From positions 64,001 to 128,000 of the forward strand of contig JALHMH010000008.1 of assembly GCA_022844165.1 (NCBI GenBank): DNA of 64,000 nt, written 5' to 3'. Under the pieces are notes generated by a model, which worked only from the letters and a program-made list of their open reading frames with translations, was not told the origin of the DNA and made no database searches. Positions within the stretch are counted from its first letter, which is position 1; every line of letters starts with the position of its first letter. Below, piece after piece: positions 32,466-42,741 of this stretch. The DNA comes from Lysobacterales bacterium. GTDB taxonomy: Bacteria; Pseudomonadota; Gammaproteobacteria; Xanthomonadales; SZUA-5. Made by a program: the position numbers and the translations under genes.

Positions 32466-33119
32466 TCAGCCGCGCACCATCGCCACCGTTATCCGCCGCT
32501 TTTCCGCTAGGCTCGTGCGGTGCAGGGCGTCCAGACGCGTCATCAGCGCTGCCAAGTCACGCGAGTGGTGGCGCAACAAGTACTCGATTGCGGCCGGCTC
32601 CAACGGGATTCCGGCATGCCTGGCCTGCAATTGCAGAATGTGCCGACGGTCGTCGTCACTGACGAGCGGCAACAGCAGTTGTTCGGCGCGCGCGAGGCGC
32701 GAGTGCAGATCGGGCAAACACGTTGGCAATGCCGTGCCGGCGCAGAGCACTGCTCGCCGCGCGTCGTGCTGGCGATTGAGCAGCGCGAACAGGGCCAACG
32801 CTGCGTCAATCTCACCAATGGCATCAACATCATCAACGGCGATCAGCGCGCCATCGGCGTTGCGTAACCACTCGACCGCATCGGCGCGCCGCAGCGAAAC
32901 GTAAAAGGCGCCAATGCCGTGTTCGCGCGCGCGCTCGCAGACCGCGTGCAACAAATGCGACTTACCGCTGAGCGACGGGCCCGTCAGCACAATCTGCGCT
33001 TCGCCCGGGCTGGCTGCGAACGCGATCAGGCGCTGCGCAACGATGTTGCCGGGCGCGGCGTAGTAGTTCTCGAAACCTGGAGCGCCGATGCCGGGCAGCG
33101 CGAGTGCGAGTTGATTCAC
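32466..33119 (-). CDS. hda: DnaA regulatory inactivator Hda
   Basis: Clamp-binding QLALAL, GKSHLL, DDVD and LPDLHSRL; follows the AI-2E gene. Confidence 0.9.
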   Translation of the reverse strand: MNQLALALPGIGAPGFENYYAAPGNIVAQRLIAFAASPGEAQIVLTGPSLSGKSHLLHAVCERAREHGIGAFYVSLRRADAVEWLRNADGALIAVDDVDAIGEIDAALALFALLNRQHDARRAVLCAGTALPTCLPDLHSRLARAEQLLLPLVSDDDRRHILQLQARHAGIPLEPAAIEYLLRHHSRDLAALMTRLDALHRTSLAEKRRITVAMVRG

Positions 33120-34186
33120 GACGGCGGCGCAGCATTGTCTTGATAGAGTCGGCTTTGCAGATACTGCTCGTGCAGATGACGCAGGATGACCATCAGCACT
33201 GCGGTGACGGGTAAAGCCAACAACACGCCGACAAAGCCAAACAATTGCCCGCCCGCGAGAATGGCGAAGATAACCGCCACCGGGTGCAGGCCGATGCGAT
33301 CGCCTACCAGCCACGGCGTCAGCACAAAACCCTCGAGCGTCTGGCCGACGCCGAACACGATCAGAACGTACATCACGTGGACCAGATCGCGATGCTCCAC
33401 CAGCGCCGCTATCACCGCGCCGCCGACGCCGAGAATGCCGCCCAGGTAAGGCACGAAACTCAGCAACCCGGCGCACATGCCGATCAGAAACGCCAGCTTG
33501 ATGCCGGCAAGCCAAAGTCCGATCGAATAGATCAAACCGAGCGCCAGCATCACCGCCAACTGACCGCGTAAGAACGCGCTCAGCACCACGTTCGATTCGC
33601 GAGCGATTTGCGAGACCTTTGGCTCGATATGCCTTGGCAGCAGCTCGCGCACACGTTCGATCATGGTGTCCCAGTCGCGGAGAAAGTAAAACGTCACGAC
33701 CGGAATCAACAGCAGGTTCATCGCGAATGCGACGATCGCCAAACCGGACTTCGACACTTGCTCAAGCACGGTGGCTGCGATGCCGCCCGCTTGCTGCCAA
33801 TGTTGCTGCAGGACTGCCATGATTTGGTCGGTGGAGAACACGTTTGGATCGACGCCGAGGCGGTCAACGAGAATCGGCATCAGTCGCTCGCGGACCCAGC
33901 TGATGTAAGCCGGCAGTTTTTCGATCAACAGCCGGATCTGGTCTTCCAACAACGGCACCAGCACCAGCGGCACCAGCAGCAGAATCAAGGTCATTGCCGT
34001 GAATACGATGCCCACGGATGCGCTGCGCGAGAGCTTCAGGCGTTCCAGTGCGTCGACGATAGGATCGCCCAGATACGCGAGCAGCGCAGCGACCGCAAAT
34101 GGCGTCAATATAGGACCGAGCAGAAACAGAAAGAGCCCAACGACGGCCAAGATGGCGGCCAGCTGCGCGCGATAACTCCAAGTCAA
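33116..34186 (-). CDS. AI-2E family transporter
   Basis: LAYLGDP, FLRGQL, FVPYLG and IGLHPVAVIFAILAGG. Confidence 0.9.
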   Translation of the reverse strand: MTWSYRAQLAAILAVVGLFLFLLGPILTPFAVAALLAYLGDPIVDALERLKLSRSASVGIVFTAMTLILLLVPLVLVPLLEDQIRLLIEKLPAYISWVRERLMPILVDRLGVDPNVFSTDQIMAVLQQHWQQAGGIAATVLEQVSKSGLAIVAFAMNLLLIPVVTFYFLRDWDTMIERVRELLPRHIEPKVSQIARESNVVLSAFLRGQLAVMLALGLIYSIGLWLAGIKLAFLIGMCAGLLSFVPYLGGILGVGGAVIAALVEHRDLVHVMYVLIVFGVGQTLEGFVLTPWLVGDRIGLHPVAVIFAILAGGQLFGFVGVLLALPVTAVLMVILRHLHEQYLQSRLYQDNAAPPS

Positions 34187-34743
34187 GTCAATTTCTCCTT
34201 CGTCAGACGCCGGGCCTTCTCGCGCCAGCGTCGCACATAGTCGATGCCGCTGGATACAAGAAATATGGCGGTCGCCACAAATGCTGCCTGTACCGCAAGC
34301 ATTGGCACGTGCGCAGGATAGGCATTTGCGACCAACAACAGCAGAACCATTAATACTTGCGCCAACATGGTCATCTTGCCGAGCAACGTCGGCGCAGCGC
34401 GCAGGGGCGCATAGTTGAAATGAAAAGCGACAGCGCCCCAGACGATGACGATATCGCGCATCGCGATCAGCGCAAACAACCACAGTGGTAGATCGCCATG
34501 CCAGGCCAGCGCCGCGGTGGCGCACAGGATCAGGGTTTTATCGGCCAGTGGGTCCAGCCAGCCACCGAGGCGGCTGATCCAGCCGAATCGTTTGGCCAGG
34601 TAACCATCGATCGAGTCTGTCAGGCCAGCGGCAAGGAACAGCCAGAGCGCCATCTGCGCCTGTTCGTGCGCGATCAGCCACGCGATCGGCGGCGCCGCGA
34701 GCAGCCGCAGAAGCGTCAGGGTATTGGGCAGGTGGCGGAGCAT
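34183..34743 (-). CDS. CDP-alcohol phosphatidyltransferase
   Basis: PNTLTLLR and TDSIDGYLAKRFGWISRLGGWLDPLADK. Confidence 0.9.
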   Translation of the reverse strand: MLRHLPNTLTLLRLLAAPPIAWLIAHEQAQMALWLFLAAGLTDSIDGYLAKRFGWISRLGGWLDPLADKTLILCATAALAWHGDLPLWLFALIAMRDIVIVWGAVAFHFNYAPLRAAPTLLGKMTMLAQVLMVLLLLVANAYPAHVPMLAVQAAFVATAIFLVSSGIDYVRRWREKARRLTKEKLT

Positions 34744-34856
34744 CGGGTTGCCGGTCACTCGTCAAAACAACCGGTGCGGTGCCGAATGGTCGCAAGCCAC
34801 CGGAAGCTGCGGGCGCGGCCCTGCCGCGTCATCGGAGATTGTACGACCAAGAGCAC

Positions 34857-35858
34857 TCAGCGCAAATCGAGCACCACCTCACCGTCGATCGACTCGCCGG
34901 CGGCGGTCATGACATCGCCCAGGCCGACGATCGACTTGAGCCGATCGCCACCGCCGGCAACGCTCATGTCCAGCGTCAGCGTATTTCCGGCAGCCGCGCT
35001 GGCGCGCAGATCGCGCACGATCGAAAGCGACGCCAGATAACTCTGAGCGCGCGCATAGGCGCCAGCATCGCCGATGTTGCGCACCACGGCGCGCACAGCC
35101 ACCGGCGTCGAGTCGGCTGCGTCGAAGGCATATCGCTGCGCAAGGCGATTGGCGGTTTCGTCGCCTGCGGCGCGCAGTGCTTCGAGCTGAGTCATACCGC
35201 TGACCTCGAAACTCTCGGTTTTTTCGCCATCGTTAAACGCGAATCGACCGATCACACCGCTGCTCGACGGAAACAAGCGGCCCGCCAACACACCAGGAAC
35301 ACCCGCGCGCGAAGCGATCTGGCGCAATACATCCACATCCCGTGCATCCAGGCTGCCGCTGGCGGCCGCGTCTTCATCCAGGCCTCGTTTCAGTAAGATC
35401 CCGCGTTCAGTGCCGCGACGCAGCAGCGGCTGCAACTCGCTTTCGGACAGGGCCGATCCCGAGTCGGCCCCGGCCACCCAGACCATCAATGTCGGCCGCT
35501 CGCGCGCCCACTGCGACAGCCCGCTCGACGATAACAGCCGGGTGACTGCGCGCGGCTCGAAGCTGGCGACGTAGTACAGTTTGAGCTGCGGCACGGCGCC
35601 GCTGCGATCGACATCCTGGCGATAGTGGTAGGCCTGCACCAGCGAGCTTGGATCCTTCAGCGCGCTTGCGACCTGCGGGCGCTCCGCAGCGGATTGATCG
35701 CCCGAAACTTTGATCAGAACCTGCTTGAGCGCACTGATATTCGCCGCCAATCGTTCCGCTTCGGACTGGTCGGCGACGGCAACCTCGCCGCTGTACAAAT
35801 CGGCCAGCGCCGGTAGCGCAACCAGCATGCACATCAGGAAAAAGGCGTATCGCAGCAT
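34857..35858 (-). CDS. DUF2066 family exported protein
   Basis: Signal peptide, LYSGEVAVADQS, ALKQVLIKVSG and ERPTLMVW; synteny with AI-2E and hda. Confidence 0.82.
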   Translation of the reverse strand: MLRYAFFLMCMLVALPALADLYSGEVAVADQSEAERLAANISALKQVLIKVSGDQSAAERPQVASALKDPSSLVQAYHYRQDVDRSGAVPQLKLYYVASFEPRAVTRLLSSSGLSQWARERPTLMVWVAGADSGSALSESELQPLLRRGTERGILLKRGLDEDAAASGSLDARDVDVLRQIASRAGVPGVLAGRLFPSSSGVIGRFAFNDGEKTESFEVSGMTQLEALRAAGDETANRLAQRYAFDAADSTPVAVRAVVRNIGDAGAYARAQSYLASLSIVRDLRASAAAGNTLTLDMSVAGGGDRLKSIVGLGDVMTAAGESIDGEVVLDLR

Positions 35859-36078
35859 GTTGTCGAATCCATGGACCGATTCGCAGAGTATGCCGGTTTG
35901 CGTCCGGGTCGCGCGCGGCGGGAACCGTCGGGTGAAGCCGCAGACAAATCGCAGCCGGTGTGAGCCATGCACGATCGGCCGCCCACCCTGTGCGGATCGT
36001 CGGCGAATCCAGGTACGGCCTGCTCTTCGCGTACGGGTTTTTGCCCCTTAAACATCGCCTTGCATTTATGCTCCGGGC

Positions 36079-39000
36079 ATGAACCCTACGCCTGCTTCCG
36101 TCGACGCCTTTCTCGCCCGCTGGTCGGTGCGAAGCGGCAGTGAGTTGGCAAACTACCAGTTGTTCCTGACCGAGCTGATTGCCCTGCTGGAACTACCGCG
36201 TCCCGATCCGGCCAGCGAGGACACGCGCGACAACGCGTACGTGTTCGAGCGCCGCGTGCAGTTCGCGCATGGCGATGGCAGCAGCTCGCTGGGGCGCATT
36301 GATCTGTATCGCCGCGGTCATTTCGTCTGCGAGGCGAAGAAAGTCAAAGCTGGCGCGCACACAAAGGGCTTCGATCTGGCGCTGATGCGGGCGCGTTCGC
36401 AGGCCGAGGAATATGCTCGGGCGCTGCCTGCGGAGGAAGGGCGGCCGCCGTTCCTGCTGGTCGTCGATGTCGGCCATACGATCGATTTGTACGCCGAGTT
36501 CTCGCGCTCCGGTGCCACCTATACGCCTTTCCCCGATCCCTCCTCGCATCGCATTCGCCTGCCCGATTTGCATCGGCCCGACGTGCTGGAGCGCTTGCGT
36601 GCGATCTGGCTGGATCCGCTGTCGCTCGATCCCTCGCGCGTCTCGGCGCGGGTCACGCGCGCCATCGCCGCCGATCTGGCGGAATTGGCGCGTTCGCTGG
36701 AAGCCACGGGCCTGGACGCCGAAACCGTGGCCGGCTTCCTGACGCGCTGCCTGTTTACGCTATTTGCCGAGGATGTGGAGCTGTTGCCCACCGGCAGCTT
36801 CACGGGGCTTTTGGCCGAATGCGAGCGCCATCCGGCACAGTTTGTGCCGCTGCTCACCGAGTTGTGGCGGGCGATGGATGTCGGCGGTTTTTCGGTGGCG
36901 CTGCGCGCCGATTTGCTGCGCTTCAACGGCAAGCTCTTCAAGCAGCCGCTGGTGTTGGCGCTCAGCCGCGAACAAATCGAGTTGCTGACGCGCGCGGCGA
37001 AGCACGACTGGAAACACGTTGAACCGGCGATCTTCGGCACGCTGCTCGAACGCGCGCTCGATCCCACCGAGCGGCACGCGCTCGGCGCGCACTACACGCC
37101 GCGCGCGTACGTGGAGCGCCTGGTGCTGCCAGCGGTGATCGAGCCGCTGCGCGCCGACTGGAACACCGCGCAAGCGGCGGCGCTCACGCTGCTGGCGGAG
37201 GGCGACGCCAAAGGCGCCATCGCCACGGTACGCACCTTCCATCATCAGTTGTGCAGCGTGCGCGTGCTCGATCCGGCCTGCGGCAGCGGTAACTTTCTCT
37301 ATGTCACGCTGGAGCACTTGAAGCGCCTGGAAGGCGAGGTGCTCAATCGCCTCACAGAACTCGGCGACACCCAGGGCCTGCTCGATTTGTCCGGTGTCAG
37401 CGTCGATCCGCATCAGTTCCTGGGCATCGAGTTGAATCCGCGCGCAGCGGCGATTGCCGAGATGGTGCTGTGGATCGGCTATCTGCAATGGCACTTCCGC
37501 ACCCGCGGCCACGTCGCGCCGCCGCAGCCGGTGCTGAAGGATTTCCACAACATCGAATGCCGCGACGCCGTGCTCGCCCACGATGGCGCCGAGTTCGTGT
37601 TGGATGAGTCGGGCAAACCCGTCACCCGCTGGGACGGCCGCACGATGAAGCCGCACCCCGTCACCGGCGAACCCGTCCCCGACGACACCGCCCGCGTGCC
37701 GCTGTATCGCTACCAGAACCCGCGCAAAGCGCAGTGGCCCGAGGCGGATTTTGTGGTGGGGAATCCGCCGTTTATTGGTAGCAAGCGCATGCGAGAGGCG
37801 CTCGGCGATGGATACGTCGATGCGCTACAAGCGGCGTTTCCTGAGGTGCCCGAAAGCACAGACTTGGTGATGCGCTGGTGGCATCACGCTGCTTGTCTTG
37901 TGCGTGATGGCAGAATTAGGCGGTTCGGCTTAATCGCTACTAACAGTTTGCGCCAGTCATACGTTCGGCGGGCAGTCGAACCTCACCTGCTTGGTGACCC
38001 CCCGCTCAGCTTGATTTTTGCCGTCCCGGATCATCCGTGGGTGGATAGTGCGGATGGAGCAGCCGTTCGCATATCAATGACTGTGGGTATTCGCGGCAGC
38101 GAACCAGGGAGACTAGTCAAGGTTAACGAGGACAGGACAACTCCGAACCAGGACAGCGAAGATCTTGTGTCATCGGTAGAGAGTCGCACGGGAAAGATCC
38201 ACCCAGATCTCTCGATTGGTGCCGACCTCACCACCGTGGCGACTCTCGCAGCAAACTCGCAAATATGCTCCGTGGGCATGAAGACAATAGGCGAGGCATT
38301 TCAGATCGGGTACGAGAGGGCTAAGCAAATCGGCCTTGGCACGAGCGAAGAAATTGGGTGTTACATTCGCCCGTACCTGAATGGGCGCGATTGGGTGAGC
38401 AAGAGCCGCGGGATTTGGCTCGTGGACTTCTTCGGCCTAGAAGCAGAAGAAGTTCGCGATCGATTCCCTGCGGCTTACCAGCACTTGCTCGACAATGCCA
38501 AGCCGATGCGTGAGCAAAACCGGAACTCGGTGTTTCGTGATCGATGGTGGGTCATCGGTCATCCGCGGCAACAGTTCCGGGCGGCCATGGTGGGCTGTCG
38601 GAAGTACATCGTTACGGTCGAAACTCAGAAACACCGATTCTTTGGATTCGTGGACGAAGCTGTGACTCCGGACAGCACGCTGGTGACGTTCGCGTTGGAA
38701 GATCCGTATCTATTGGGCCTGCTATCGGCTCGTTCGCACGTCACTTGGGCATTAGCAGCAGGTGGAACACTCGAAGACCGACCGCGCTACAACAAAACCC
38801 GCTGCTTCGAGACCTTCCCGTTTCCGTCTTTCGACAATCCGAATACCGCCAGCCACCAATCCCGAATCCGTACCCTGGCCGAAGACCTAGACGCCCACCG
38901 CAAACGCCAACAAGCCGCGCATCCAGAACTCACGCTCACCGGCATGTACAACGTGCTGGAGAAACTCAAATCCGGCGAGGCGCTGAGTGCGAAGGAGAAG

Positions 39001-39567
39001 CTGATCCACGAGCAGGGCCTGGTGTCGGTGCTCAAACAACTGCACGACGATCTCGATTTCGCGGTGCTCGCCGCGTACGGCTGGGAGGATCTCGCGCCGC
39101 TGATGCAGGCGGTCAACGGCAATGCCGCGCACCCGGAGGGCCGCAGCCGCGACGAGGCAGTGCGCGAGTTGGACGAAGTGCTGCTCGAACGCCTCGTGGC
39201 GCTCAACGCCGAACGCGCCGCCGAAGAAGCGCGCGGCCATATCCGCTGGCTGCGCCCCGAGTTTCAGAATCCCGGCGCGGCTGCTCCAACCCAGGTCGAG
39301 ATCGACACCGCGGACGAGACGAGCGATGAGACCATCACCGCCGCTGCGATTACACGCCGGCCGTGGCCCAAAGACATCATCGAGCAGATCAAGAGCATCG
39401 CCGACACCGTCGCGCAATCGCCGGTGCCGCTCACCGAAGCTGCCATCGCCGAGCGCTACACTGGCCGCGGTCGCTGGCGCGAACGCCTACCGCGCATTCT
39501 CGAAACCCTGCTCGCACTGGGCAACCTCAAGCATGCCCACGGCACCTATCGCCGCTCGGCGGTCTGA
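36079..39567 (+). CDS. MmeI-like Type IIL restriction-modification enzyme (endonuclease + m6A methyltransferase + TRD)
   Basis: PD-(D/E)xK-like RIDLY...EAKK, GAHYTP, motif I DPACGSGNFL, motif IV GNPPF, and RYNKTRCFETFPFP. Confidence 0.92.
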   Translation: MNPTPASVDAFLARWSVRSGSELANYQLFLTELIALLELPRPDPASEDTRDNAYVFERRVQFAHGDGSSSLGRIDLYRRGHFVCEAKKVKAGAHTKGFDLALMRARSQAEEYARALPAEEGRPPFLLVVDVGHTIDLYAEFSRSGATYTPFPDPSSHRIRLPDLHRPDVLERLRAIWLDPLSLDPSRVSARVTRAIAADLAELARSLEATGLDAETVAGFLTRCLFTLFAEDVELLPTGSFTGLLAECERHPAQFVPLLTELWRAMDVGGFSVALRADLLRFNGKLFKQPLVLALSREQIELLTRAAKHDWKHVEPAIFGTLLERALDPTERHALGAHYTPRAYVERLVLPAVIEPLRADWNTAQAAALTLLAEGDAKGAIATVRTFHHQLCSVRVLDPACGSGNFLYVTLEHLKRLEGEVLNRLTELGDTQGLLDLSGVSVDPHQFLGIELNPRAAAIAEMVLWIGYLQWHFRTRGHVAPPQPVLKDFHNIECRDAVLAHDGAEFVLDESGKPVTRWDGRTMKPHPVTGEPVPDDTARVPLYRYQNPRKAQWPEADFVVGNPPFIGSKRMREALGDGYVDALQAAFPEVPESTDLVMRWWHHAACLVRDGRIRRFGLIATNSLRQSYVRRAVEPHLLGDPPLSLIFAVPDHPWVDSADGAAVRISMTVGIRGSEPGRLVKVNEDRTTPNQDSEDLVSSVESRTGKIHPDLSIGADLTTVATLAANSQICSVGMKTIGEAFQIGYERAKQIGLGTSEEIGCYIRPYLNGRDWVSKSRGIWLVDFFGLEAEEVRDRFPAAYQHLLDNAKPMREQNRNSVFRDRWWVIGHPRQQFRAAMVGCRKYIVTVETQKHRFFGFVDEAVTPDSTLVTFALEDPYLLGLLSARSHVTWALAAGGTLEDRPRYNKTRCFETFPFPSFDNPNTASHQSRIRTLAEDLDAHRKRQQAAHPELTLTGMYNVLEKLKSGEALSAKEKLIHEQGLVSVLKQLHDDLDFAVLAAYGWEDLAPLMQAVNGNAAHPEGRSRDEAVRELDEVLLERLVALNAERAAEEARGHIRWLRPEFQNPGAAAPTQVEIDTADETSDETITAAAITRRPWPKDIIEQIKSIADTVAQSPVPLTEAAIAERYTGRGRWRERLPRILETLLALGNLKHAHGTYRRSAV

Positions 39568-39764
39568 GGCGACACCGGAGTTCTTGACAGAGCGAGATCT
39601 GGACAATTGAGTCGAATTTTCTTCGAAGCGACTTTGGCTTTTGCAGCCCCTTAAGCTACGGGGTGAGACTCGGCGCTGACACGCCGCAGGCGTGTGCCAA
39701 GTCAAACGCCCAGCGGCTGCGCCGCTGGGCCGGAAATGCGAAGCGCGGTTGTGGCGAGCGATTT

Positions 39765-39847
39765 CGCCTTTTCAGGGCTCTGCTGCAACGGTGCGATCCG
39801 ACCCAGGGCTTGCGCCCTGGGCTATTGCCTTACGCCCCTGCGGGGCT
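39765..39847. repeat. REP-like palindromic unit
   Basis: CGCCTTTTCAGGGCT, ACCCAGGGCTTGCGCCCTGGGCT and CGCCCCTGCGGGGCT: two similar short palindromes flank a central hairpin between convergent genes. Confidence 0.6.
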
Positions 39848-39911
39848 TGCCATTGCGCGCCTGTATCGTTCAGCGAGACATCGAATTCCTCGCCACCGGG
39901 CAGCGCACAGT

Positions 39912-42647
39912 TCAACGCGACCTGGCCAGCTCCGCGCGCAGCCAACGGCCATCGGCGCCGGCGTTTTGAATGAGCTCGCGCGCCATCGCGAGTGCTTCCG
40001 TGCGCGCCGCGCCTTCGCTGCGCATGCCGCGCGCGTAGTGCCAATGCGCGCGCGCCAGCGGCGATAACTCATCGATATCCGGGTACTTCTCGAGCAGCGC
40101 ATCGACGCGTTCGGCATCGCCCGGTGCGCCCCGTTTGGCGAGCGTGGCCATGAGTTGAATCGCCGCTGCAATACGCGTGGAGTTGCGTGGCGGCAGTTGC
40201 ATGTCCAGTTGCTCGTCGCCCGCAGTGAGCAGGTCCACGGCGCGATCCAAATGCCCGGCCAGACGCTCGGACGTGCCCTCGTTGACGTCTTGAAAAGCGA
40301 GCTCCAGTTTTGCGCTGGGCCCGAGCGCCGCGTAGCCGGCGCGTGCTCGTTCGCGCGTCGCGCGCGACTCGCTGTGACGCCCGAGCGCGGCAAGGGCGTT
40401 TGCCATGGCTGCCAGGCGCAACCACGTTTGAATGTGCTGCGGACCCTGGCGCTGCTCGGTGAACTGGTGCGCCTGCGCGAACCAGTCCAGGGCTTCTTCG
40501 GGCTGGTCGCGGTCCATTGCCAACATACCCAACATGAAGAGGCTCTCGCCCAATTCGGCATATCTCCCCTTGGCCTGGATCGCGCGCGCGGCGTCGGTGA
40601 GTGTGCGGGCTTGCTCGAGTTGCCCGAGCTGTCGGTACACCGAGCCCAGGCGCTGCAGCGCTGCCGCATAGCGCGGGTGATTCTCGCCAACTTCGATGCG
40701 CAATATGTCGCGCATACGTTGGTAGTGCACCAGGGCTTTGTCGTAATGGAAGGTGTTACGCTCGATATCGCCGAGATTGAGCAGCGGAAAGAGCAGAATG
40801 GCATGGTTCGCGCCGCGCGCCTTTTCCAGAATGCGCAGCGCACGTTCGCCGTTCTGACGGGCCTCATCGTATTGGTTCATGCGTGCCAGAAAGCCCGCAA
40901 GATTCGACAGGCGCAGTGCCGTATCGGCATGTTCCGGGCCACGGATCTTCTCGAAGCTGGCGATGACCTGACGCATCAGTTCGACCGCTTCGGCGTAACG
41001 CGTCTGCGCAAAGCGGACGCGTGCGAGTTGCGCGTCGAGACCGGCGATCTTCAGATCGTGATCGCCTGCGGCCTGCGCGTAGATGGCGCGGGCCCGAGCG
41101 ATGTCGGCCTCAGTCTCGGCGAAGCGTCCGAGCTGAAATCGCGCAGCAACGCGGGTCATCAACGCATCTGCCAGGCGCGGATCGGCGCCATAGCGTTGCT
41201 CGCGGAACGCGATGATTGCGTTGATGCGCGTCAGTTCTGGATCGTTGCCGCCCAGGCTGATTTCCAGGTCGGCCAGATCGCCAACAACGGCATCGCGTAG
41301 CTCTTCGTCGCCGGCAAGTTCGCGCTCCGCGCTGTCGATGCCGGTGCGCACGAGCTCAAGCGGCGTTCGCGCTTTTTCGCCACTTCGGTTGATGCCGTCG
41401 CTTTCGCCAAAGATCTGAATCACGAAGTCCTTGACCTTGTGCGCTCGCTCGGACTCCGCTTTAGCGCGCGCAGCCTCGGTCCGTGCAATCTGCGCTTGCT
41501 GCTCGGCGCGCCGCGCCTCGATCAGCGCCAGTGCGCTGCCGGCGATCAGCGCAACCGCCGCCAACAAGGCGAAGGCGGCGGCATACCGATGGCGGGCCAG
41601 GAATTTGGCCAACAGATAGCGTCGCGTCGGGCGCCGCGCTTGCACCGGTTCTTTGCGTAAAAAACGGTCGATGTCGTCGCTCAAGGCCATCACGCTGGCG
41701 TAACGTCGTTGCGGTTCGGCGCGCAGCGCGCCAGCCACGATGGCATCGAGATCGCCACGCAGCGTCTGCGCGGGGTAGGGAAGGCCCACGCCAGCGGCCT
41801 GGCTCACGCGCTGCGACTCTTCGGTATCGATTGATGCAACCAGCGCCAATGCGGACCCGGTGCGGCTTTCCGGCAGTCGTCCTGCGACCAGCTCGAACAA
41901 CATCAGGCCCAGCGCATACACATCCGTCGCAGTCGACACCGGTTCGTTGCGCAACTGCTCGGGTGCTGCATAAGCGGGCGTCATCGACGCGAGCGTGGAC
42001 TCGTGCTGCGTCTCGTCCAGGAGCTTGGCGATACCGAAGTCCAGGAGTTTCGGCTCATGGTCGGGATTGACCAGAACATTGCTCGGTTTGAGATCGCGAT
42101 GCACGATCAAATGACGATGCGCAAAAGCCACCGCAGCACAGATTTTTTGGAACAGACGCAATCGTTCGATCAGGCTGCGGCCGTTTGCCCACTGCGTGAG
42201 GACAACGCCCGGCACGTATTCGATCGCCATCCACGGTGCACCGCGTTCATCGACACCCGCATCGATAAAACGCGCAATGCCAGGATGCTCAAGGCGCGCC
42301 AGGATCTGCCGTTCGGCGCGCAGTTTTGCGCGAAAACGCTCGGTGTCGACGCGCAGGCGTTTGATCGCTACGTGCTGAATCACCGCGCCATCGCGGCGTT
42401 CGCCCAGCCACACCTCGCCCATGCCCCCGCTGCCGATGCTGCGGATGCAAAGCCAGGGACCCAATTGCTGATTGCCAGCTGCGGACGGCGCAGCAGAACT
42501 CAAACCTTCGGCGACCCGCGCAAACGCCAGCAAGCGCTGCACTTCCGGCAGTGCGCGCAACGCTTCGGGCAGGCTCTCCGGATCGATCGGCTCACCCGCG
42601 CCGATGCGCTCAACCAATTGTTCAAAGGTGATCGTTGTTTGCGTCAT
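39912..42647 (-). CDS. Hanks-type Ser/Thr kinase with transmembrane segment and TPR repeats (no adjacent ECF)
   Basis: IGSGGMGEV, VAIK, HRDLKPSNVL, DFGIAK and YAAPEQ; TPR-like C-terminus. Confidence 0.92.
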   Translation of the reverse strand: MTQTTITFEQLVERIGAGEPIDPESLPEALRALPEVQRLLAFARVAEGLSSAAPSAAGNQQLGPWLCIRSIGSGGMGEVWLGERRDGAVIQHVAIKRLRVDTERFRAKLRAERQILARLEHPGIARFIDAGVDERGAPWMAIEYVPGVVLTQWANGRSLIERLRLFQKICAAVAFAHRHLIVHRDLKPSNVLVNPDHEPKLLDFGIAKLLDETQHESTLASMTPAYAAPEQLRNEPVSTATDVYALGLMLFELVAGRLPESRTGSALALVASIDTEESQRVSQAAGVGLPYPAQTLRGDLDAIVAGALRAEPQRRYASVMALSDDIDRFLRKEPVQARRPTRRYLLAKFLARHRYAAAFALLAAVALIAGSALALIEARRAEQQAQIARTEAARAKAESERAHKVKDFVIQIFGESDGINRSGEKARTPLELVRTGIDSAERELAGDEELRDAVVGDLADLEISLGGNDPELTRINAIIAFREQRYGADPRLADALMTRVAARFQLGRFAETEADIARARAIYAQAAGDHDLKIAGLDAQLARVRFAQTRYAEAVELMRQVIASFEKIRGPEHADTALRLSNLAGFLARMNQYDEARQNGERALRILEKARGANHAILLFPLLNLGDIERNTFHYDKALVHYQRMRDILRIEVGENHPRYAAALQRLGSVYRQLGQLEQARTLTDAARAIQAKGRYAELGESLFMLGMLAMDRDQPEEALDWFAQAHQFTEQRQGPQHIQTWLRLAAMANALAALGRHSESRATRERARAGYAALGPSAKLELAFQDVNEGTSERLAGHLDRAVDLLTAGDEQLDMQLPPRNSTRIAAAIQLMATLAKRGAPGDAERVDALLEKYPDIDELSPLARAHWHYARGMRSEGAARTEALAMARELIQNAGADGRWLRAELARSR

Positions 42648-42741
42648 GGCTGAACGATGTCAATCTTGATTCGGGCCTGTGAGTATTCGGACGTCAAGTC
42701 GAATCATGAACGCCCACACAGTTGCGCCAGTCCGCGACCGC

